A DNA stretch of 64,000 nt, from NCBI GenBank assembly GCA_951406725.2, contig OX597831.1:22568001-22632000 (forward strand), read 5' to 3'. The position numbers and the translations under genes were made by a program. The DNA is from Octopus vulgaris (Eukaryota). Positions 56,512-64,000 of the stretch are shown here, one piece after another (the stretch's first letter is position 1; every line of letters begins with the position of its first letter). The notes below the pieces were generated by a model. That model saw only the letters and a program-made list of their open reading frames with translations, had not been told where the DNA came from and did not search any database.

Positions 56512-56766
56512 ATTTTCAAATTTTTGTCACAAGATTAGCTTTGGCAGATGTGGGCATGAGTCGATCCCATCGACCTCAGTACATGGCTGGTACTTATTTT
56601 ATCGACCACGAAAAGATGAAAGGCAAACTCGATCTCGACGGGCGAAATACCGATAAGCACTTCATCCGGCGCGTTAACGATTCAGCCTTAACTAATTTCT
56701 TTAATAATCCTTACATCTGAAGGTACAAGATCTGGAATTTGCGTGGGGAGGGGACTAGTCGATTAC

Positions 56767-57155
56767 GTGTGGAGGCGCAATGGCCCAGTGGTTAGGGCAG
56801 CGGACTCGCGGTCATAGGATCGCGGTTTCGATTCCCAGACCGGGCGTTGTGAGTGTTTATTGAGCGAAAACACCTAAAGCTCCACGAGGCTCCGGCAGGG
56901 ATGGTGGTGATCCCTGCTGTACTCTTTCACCACAACTTTCTCTCACTCTTACTTCATGTTTCTGTTGTACCTGTATTTCAAAGGGCCGGCCTTGTCACTC
57001 TCTGTGTCACGCTGAATATCCCCGAGAACTACGTTAAGGGTACACGTGTCTGTGGAGTGCTCAGCCAGTTACACGTTAATTTCACGAGCAGGCTGTTCCG
57101 TTGATTCGGATCAACCGGAACCCTCATCGTCGTAACCGACGGAGTGCTTCCATCC
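56767..57155 (+). mobile_element. tRNA-Arg-like SINE (head B + tail X) inserted into a MetaSINE-like element
   Basis: TSD AGTCGATTAC at 56757-56766 and 57156-57165. The host SINE resumes at 57166-57315. Confidence 0.9.
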
Positions 57156-57878
57156 AGTCGATTACCTGTTTCACTGGTACATATTTTATCAACCTCGAAA
57201 GAATAAAAGGCAAAGTCGACGTCAGCGAAATTTGAACTCAGAACGTAGCGTCAGACGAAACACCGTTAAGCATTTCGTCCAGCGCGCTAACGATTCTGCC
57301 AGCTCACTGCCTCACGAATTTCTTTAATAATGACACGTAATGGTCTTTGATCTCAGCTTGCCTATTATTTCTTATTTAGGTCAAAATGGAGACTTTCTGT
57401 CAGTTTTCTGACAAGCACTGCAAGATATTGTTTATTGTCAAGTTTCAAACGTTCATATAATATCGTTTAATTTCACTCAACTTGTTTGTTTGGTTCGTGT
57501 TCGCTGAGAGGCTGTGACGTCATGAATAGCTAAATACGTTATAATTTTCCATGAAGCCAGTCTAGGCATCACCAACTCTCTCTCTCTCACCCCCCCCCAT
57601 ATACACACACACACACACACACATCCTACAACGACAACAACGTATATATTGACACACGTTCATGCATACAACATTCATATACACATATATATATGTGTGA
57701 GAGCAAATATGTGTGTGTGCATGTGTGTGTATATATGTGTAAGCTTATCTATACACACACACATATATATACATATATATATATACATACATACATACAT
57801 ACACATGCTTGCATGCACTGGCAAAATTACATACACATCTGCGAGCACTTGTTGACACAAATGCTTCACTGTGTGTGT

Positions 57879-57954
<76 letters not shown>

Positions 57955-58340
57955 GTGTGTATATGCGCGCAAGCTTCTCTGTATGTATGTACTCGCACAC
58001 GCACGAACTCACAGATATGTATATATATACATACATATATATATATCGATAGACAGATACATACATATATGTCCATATACATATGCATACATATATATGT
58101 GTGTGTATATATATATATATGTAGATTATATAAATATACATATGGTTATATATATATGTATATGCTTACCTTTATATTGATAATTACACATATACATGCT
58201 TATACATCTGTATGGGAATACAAATATATATTCATACATACAAACATACTCTTACAAACACGCACACACACATATTAATGTATACATGTGTATACGTTTT
58301 GTGTGTGGGTGCGTGTCCATATACAAATCAATCAATCACT

Positions 58341-58426
<86 letters not shown>

Positions 58427-58689
58427 TTCGGTGTGTGTGTAGAAATATACATTCAACGACACACCCTAACATACCCTCACACACACAAAGAAATACAATC
58501 AAATCCACACACACACACACACACACATACACACGTTTATATTATTTGCCAGGCTCCTGTGTTGCTAATTACTTGTTTAATTATGTGGTCTTATTTAGCA
58601 AAGGTGGTGCGAGATGAGGCTGAGGTGGGGAAGGTGGGGAAGGCGGCGGTGATCACTAAATATGTGTCAGAGCATCGATTATTCGCAGG

Positions 58690-58725
58690 ATAACGACCGT
58701 CGTGATGGCACAACGACGATGGTGG

Positions 58726-58768
<43 letters not shown>

Positions 58769-59048
58769 AACGACGACAGCGACGACGACAACGACGATGA
58801 TGATGATCGTGATGAAGATGGTGATGACGACAACGAAAAACGACAGCGAGGAAGAAGACAACAACGACGACGATGCTGCTGTAACAGATGATGATGATGA
58901 TGATGGTGATGATGGTGATGATGATGATGATGATAGTGATGATGATGGTGATGATGTCGATGATGATGATGAGGATGAGGATGGTGATGATGATGGTGAT
59001 GATGATGATGATGATGATGATAATGATGATGATGATGATGATGATGTC

Positions 59049-59082
<34 letters not shown>

Positions 59083-61190
59083 GTGCTTGTGCTGGTGGTG
59101 ATGATGATGACGACGACGATGATGATGATGATGGTGGTGGTGATGATGATGATGATGATGATGATGATGTTGATGGTTCTGATGGTGGTGGTGGTGATGA
59201 TGATGATGATGATGACGATGATGATTACTTGCGATAACGGTAATAATAATCATAATGACGACGACGACGGTCATAACGGTGAAAATGATGACGACGATGA
59301 TGATGATGATGAGGATAATGATGATGTTAGTTATGACGATGATGACGACAGCACTATGATGGTTATGCTAATGCTAATTATGACCGTAATCATAATAATA
59401 ATGGTGGTGGTGGTGCGGCTGGTGATGGTGCTGCTAATAGTGGTATTGGTGGTGGTGGTGTTGGTGATGGCGGTGGTGATGGCGGTGGTGGTGGTGGTGG
59501 TGGTGGTGGTGGTAGGGGTGGTGGTGTTTGTAGCGGTGGTGGTGGTGGTCGTCGTCGTCGTCGTCGTCGTCGTGGTGGTGGTAGTGGTGGTAATGGCGAC
59601 GATTACGACTCTGACGATGATGAGAATGACATTGATTAAAACAAAACAAATGATTAAAACAGCAACAACAAGAATTATCATTGTTCAATGATTTTGTTTA
59701 CGACGACGACGAAGAGGAGGAGGAGGAGGAGAGGAGAAGGAGAAGGTAGGGGTGGAGAACAGTGAGGAGAAAGGAGAAGGAGAAGGAGGAGGAGATGTCG
59801 AAGAAAAGAATGAAGAGACAAAGAAAAATGTTGTTAATACGATATCAATAACAATAGCAACCTTAACAATGCTTTGTAACATATCCGCAAGACCAAGCAT
59901 TCGGTTGAGAGATTAGTCGATGATATTCACTAAGCTTCAGTGTTTTGAATTGCTTCTTCACTTTACATCGTCCTCGGAAAAAGGAAAAGTAAAGCTGCGA
60001 TCGGTGGGATTTGAACACAGGATTTAAGGAGCTGAAGCTTAACGACGCATTGGTTCTAGCAATTAACTGTCTTTGTTAATTAAGACGAACTGTCTTTGTT
60101 AATTAAGACCACCACCACCATCACCACCACCACAACCATCACCACAACCACCATCACCACCACCACCACCATCATCACCACCACCACAACCCTCACCACC
60201 ACCATCACCACCACCACCACCACCACCACCACCACCATCACCACCATTAGTTGCTATTTAAGGGTCAAGTGGGGTGTCTGCAACTGTGAATGAAGGGCAG
60301 CAGTTTTGGTGATATCATAATCGTCATCATCGTCGTCATCATCATCATCATCATCATTGTATTATCATCAATATCATCATTGTCGTCGTCTTGATTCTCC
60401 TGATCAACATTATCATTCATCATCGTCATAATCACCATCACCATCACCATCATCACCACTATCTTCAACATCATCGTCACCATCATCATTGCCATCATCA
60501 TCATCATCATCACCACCACAACCACCCACAAACACCACCACTAAGTACTAACTTCAACACCACCACCATCACCGTCAACACGTGCACCTCCACCACGGTC
60601 ACCACAATCACCATAACCACCTTAGTTATTATCATTGCCACCATCACCACCACCACCACCATCACAACCACCATCACCACCACCACCACCATCACAACCA
60701 CCATCACCACCACCACCACCACCACCACCACCACCACCACCACCACCACCACCACCACCACCACCACCACCACAACCATCACCACCACCACCACAACCAC
60801 CACCACCACCACCATCACCACCACCACCACCACCACCACCATCACCACCACCACCATCACCACCACCACCACCACCATCATCACCACCACCACCACAAGC
60901 ATCACCATCACCACCACCACCACGATCACCACCACAACCATCACCACCACCACCATCACCACCACTACCACCACCACCACCACCACCACCACCTCCACCA
61001 CCACCACCAACACCAACACCTCCACCAACACCACCATTTCCACCACCACCACCCCCACCATCACCCCCACCCCCACCACCATCACGACGACCACCACCAT
61101 CACCTCCACCACCACTATCAGCACTTCCAACACCAACACCAACACCTCCGCCAACACCAACACTATCAACGGGATTATCACCAACAGCAA
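58690..61190. repeat. Extended (GAT/GGT) and (ACC/ATC) low-complexity arrays
   Basis: Directly visible; source of the poly-T/H/P/V/M ORFs. Confidence 0.95.
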
Positions 61191-61944
61191 ATATCATTCT
61201 GTGATGAAATTCCAACACGGCTGTTATCTCATTCTGTGCCGTTATCATCTTTTATCAACCTCGATATCTCTTTTCCCTGGATTCCTTCTCCATCTCACTT
61301 CAACCTTGTTTATTTCGTCGTCTTCCTGTTATCGTTCACTGCTTAAAACTCCATCTTATTTTTTATCAAAGACTAAAGTCGCCAAGCTTTTCTTTAATTC
61401 ATTTCTTGTTGTTTTTTTTTTCCTTCCATAGCAAATTAAATGCTTCTGTGGTTTTAATATCCCGATATTTTTCCGTATGTGATCGATTGTTAAGCAACGG
61501 CATATGAAAACAGCTACACACATTATTTACAATCCGCTTTGTGTACCCGCTGATCAAGGATGTAAGGGAGCACAGGCGCTAGTCAGCATTTAACTAAGAG
61601 GAAAACACAATGCTTGAACATCCAGCATATTGCGTATGCGTGTGTATATATACATATATATATATATATGCACACACACACAAACACACACACAAACACA
61701 CACACATACATATGCATACATATATTGACTTAGAGTCGATTGAAGTTTTGCCTTTATGGCATCACATTGCGCCTAGCTGTTTATATTAATTCTTGGTATA
61801 CATATACATTTATAAATGTTTGTATATGCATATATATATATATATATATATAAATATGTATATGTATACATATATATATAAATGTTTGTATAAGTATACA
61901 CACACATATATAAATGTGTGCATATGTGTGTGTATATATATATG

Positions 61945-62070
61945 TTCCTTTCTGTCGAAGAGCGTAGGCTCGAAACGTAAAATACTTTCCCACTTCCCGA
62001 GCGTTAAACTAATACATCTATTTGTTGTTTACACACCCTTTTTCGTCGTTTGTTTTTTGTAAATTCTCTA
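61945..62070 (+). mobile_element. Solo Penelope-like pseudo-LTR fragment with HHR-like motif (61948-61982)
   Basis: Homologous to the reverse complement of 34335-34460. UUU-CUGUCGA-A-GAGC(GUAG)GCUC-GAAA-CG-UA-AAA. Confidence 0.72.
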
Positions 62071-62413
62071 TATGTATATATGTATATATATATATATATA
62101 TAATACGTTGGGATTCAAAAACCCACAGCAATTTAATACCTTGCCAAAACATCTCAGAGATCCACATGGAATAAGGGTAGATGTTTTTTTACCAAACATC
62201 TCGAGTTGCTGCTGGTCAAGGTCCCAGATAAACCTACATTAGGTCCAGAAACTCAAAAGTGGACAGCAATATCGAACTAACCTCCTTCACCAAAATGAAA
62301 GATCATTGAAAAGGTAATATATACTAGCGGTGCTCCATCATGGTCACAGCCTTTGGACTGAAACACATAAAGGAATAAGTGAATAAAAGAATATATATAT
62401 ATATATATATATA

Positions 62414-62681
62414 TACGAGGGAAAGTCAAAATTATCCGCACTTTCGCCATAACATATCTTTATTGTTGTCACACTGCCTTCTACGCATGCGTGCTTATAG
62501 TTGGTACTATTGTGATCATGTGATCGAAGTTTGCGCCTGGTCGCGCCATTTTTCTTTCTGGATTTACAGTGTAAGCATGGCTGCTCCACTAGCAATGTGC
62601 ACCAAAGAAGAGCAAAGAGCAATGATCCAATTTCTATGGTCGGACGGTGTGTCAGATGCTGAAATTCATCGGAGGCTTTTA
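62414..62681 (+). mobile_element. Mariner 5' end with TIR and transposase start
   Basis: TACGAGGGAAAGTCAAAATTATCCGCA after (TA)n. MAAPLAMCTKEEQRAMIQFLWSDGVSDAEIHRRLL from 62577. Confidence 0.85.
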
Positions 62682-63514
62682 CCACGATTGGTTAATGTTT
62701 ACAACGGTCTGGGCAGCCGTGTATACTTGTATTGTCATGCAACAACAAAACTTTCTTCGACAACAGGCTTCGGCGTTTGGTACGAATTCCTGACTTCCGT
62801 TTGTTGGCCAGCAAAACACTGCATCTTGCACTGTTGGTCGTACACTCCTTTTCCAGGTAGTCTTCTAGCATAAGCTTTTTTGGGTCTCAAAAATGGATTA
62901 GCATTACCTTTCCCGCGGAAGACTGAGTCTTGTATTTCTTCGTCGCTGGCGAGCCAGAATATTCCCACTCCATACTTCTTTTTTGGGGGTTCTGCTTCAT
63001 AAAGATGGACCCACATATCATCGCTTATGACTATTCTGCTCAAAAAATCTTCACCCTCTTTGCTGTAGCGATCGAGTAAACCTTGGCAGACCTCAATACG
63101 TTTGCCCTTCTGCTCTGCATTAAGCTCTCTTGGTACAAATCTTGCACAGACTTTATGGAAGCTGAACTCATCATGGATGTGTTGATAGGCAGAAACATGA
63201 CTAATCTGCAGAGAACGAGCTATCTCATCGATGATAACTCGCCGGTTGACCGTTACCATCTCACGAGCTTGCTAAATCTTCTCGTCAGTGGTGGAAGTTG
63301 ACGAGCGTCCGACTCCCACTTCGTGTATCACCCTTGTCCAACCACTTTTAAACTTCTCGATCCACCCATACACAGTTCTACGCGGTAGTGCACTGTTTTC
63401 GTATTGTGCTAAAAGCCTCCGATGAATTTCAGTACATGATACACCTTCCAACCACAGAAATTGGATTACTGCTCTTTGATCTTCTTTGGTACGCATTGCT
63501 AGTGGAGCGGACAC
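62682..63514 (-). pseudogene. Mariner transposase pseudogene (3'-truncated)
   Basis: QRAVIQFL..EIHRRL..VYGWIEKFKSG, KVCARFVPREL (WVPREL motif), IVISDDMWVHLYE (GDETW motif), SAGKVML, LLLHDN; contains stops and frameshifts. Confidence 0.92.
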
Positions 63515-63706
63515 GCCACGTGGAGATAATCGGAATTCTCTTCCTCCTTTATTTTACTATATATATATATATCTATATAAATATATATATACATAAAATT
63601 AATATAAAGAGCATTTTACAATGTTTCACCAGAAAGCAAAATTACAGTTGTCACTTTAAAGTTGGGGGGATTTGGTAAACTAAAGCTGGAAGAAGCCTGT
63701 CATATA

Positions 63707-63805
<99 letters not shown>

Positions 63806-64000
63806 TGAGTGTATGTGTGTATGTGTTTATATATATATATACATGTGTGTGTGTGTTTGATGTGAGAGGGAGGGCGACTGAAGAAGGGGAATTTCCTTGT
63901 GTTATTTGTCATGTACTCTATTTTTTCGTTGTTTAAGAAAGATGTCCAGTTCCTTGGTTTTGTGTTTATGTTTTCGTTTCTCATTGTGTTCGACGTTTTT

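Noticed and set aside
60391-61431. 346-aa Thr-rich ORF and overlapping poly-His/Pro/Val/Gly ORFs (mucin- or extensin-like)
   Set aside because: A pure (ACC/ATC)n microsatellite open in most frames on both strands, with no splice or domain evidence.

Overview
AT-rich, microsatellite-saturated eukaryotic DNA. The SINE repertoire points to an octopus or related cephalopod; this is inferred, not proven. No complete protein-coding gene is visible. Most ORFs in the track are translations of (TA)n, (CA)n, (TATG)n or trinucleotide repeats. Recognisable content: R4/Dong-type non-LTR retrotransposon fragments in (TAA)n tracts; CR1-like and L1/Tx1-like LINE remnants; several tRNA-derived SINE families; Tc1/mariner, pogo and Helitron fossils; two Penelope-like GIY-YIG endonuclease remnants; and a few short candidate exons of an unidentified minus-strand gene. 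The most striking signal is at least ten type I hammerhead-ribozyme (HHR) motifs, folded by eye, from several unrelated short elements. They include a 559-nt tandem unit with one HHR per repeat (retrozyme-like, 34822-35903) next to a Penelope endonuclease remnant, a tRNA-headed SINE with an HHR tail, fold-back elements whose inversion point abuts the HHR core, and non-canonical cores (U3-A8, A6U). All folds and translations were done by hand and none has been confirmed computationally.
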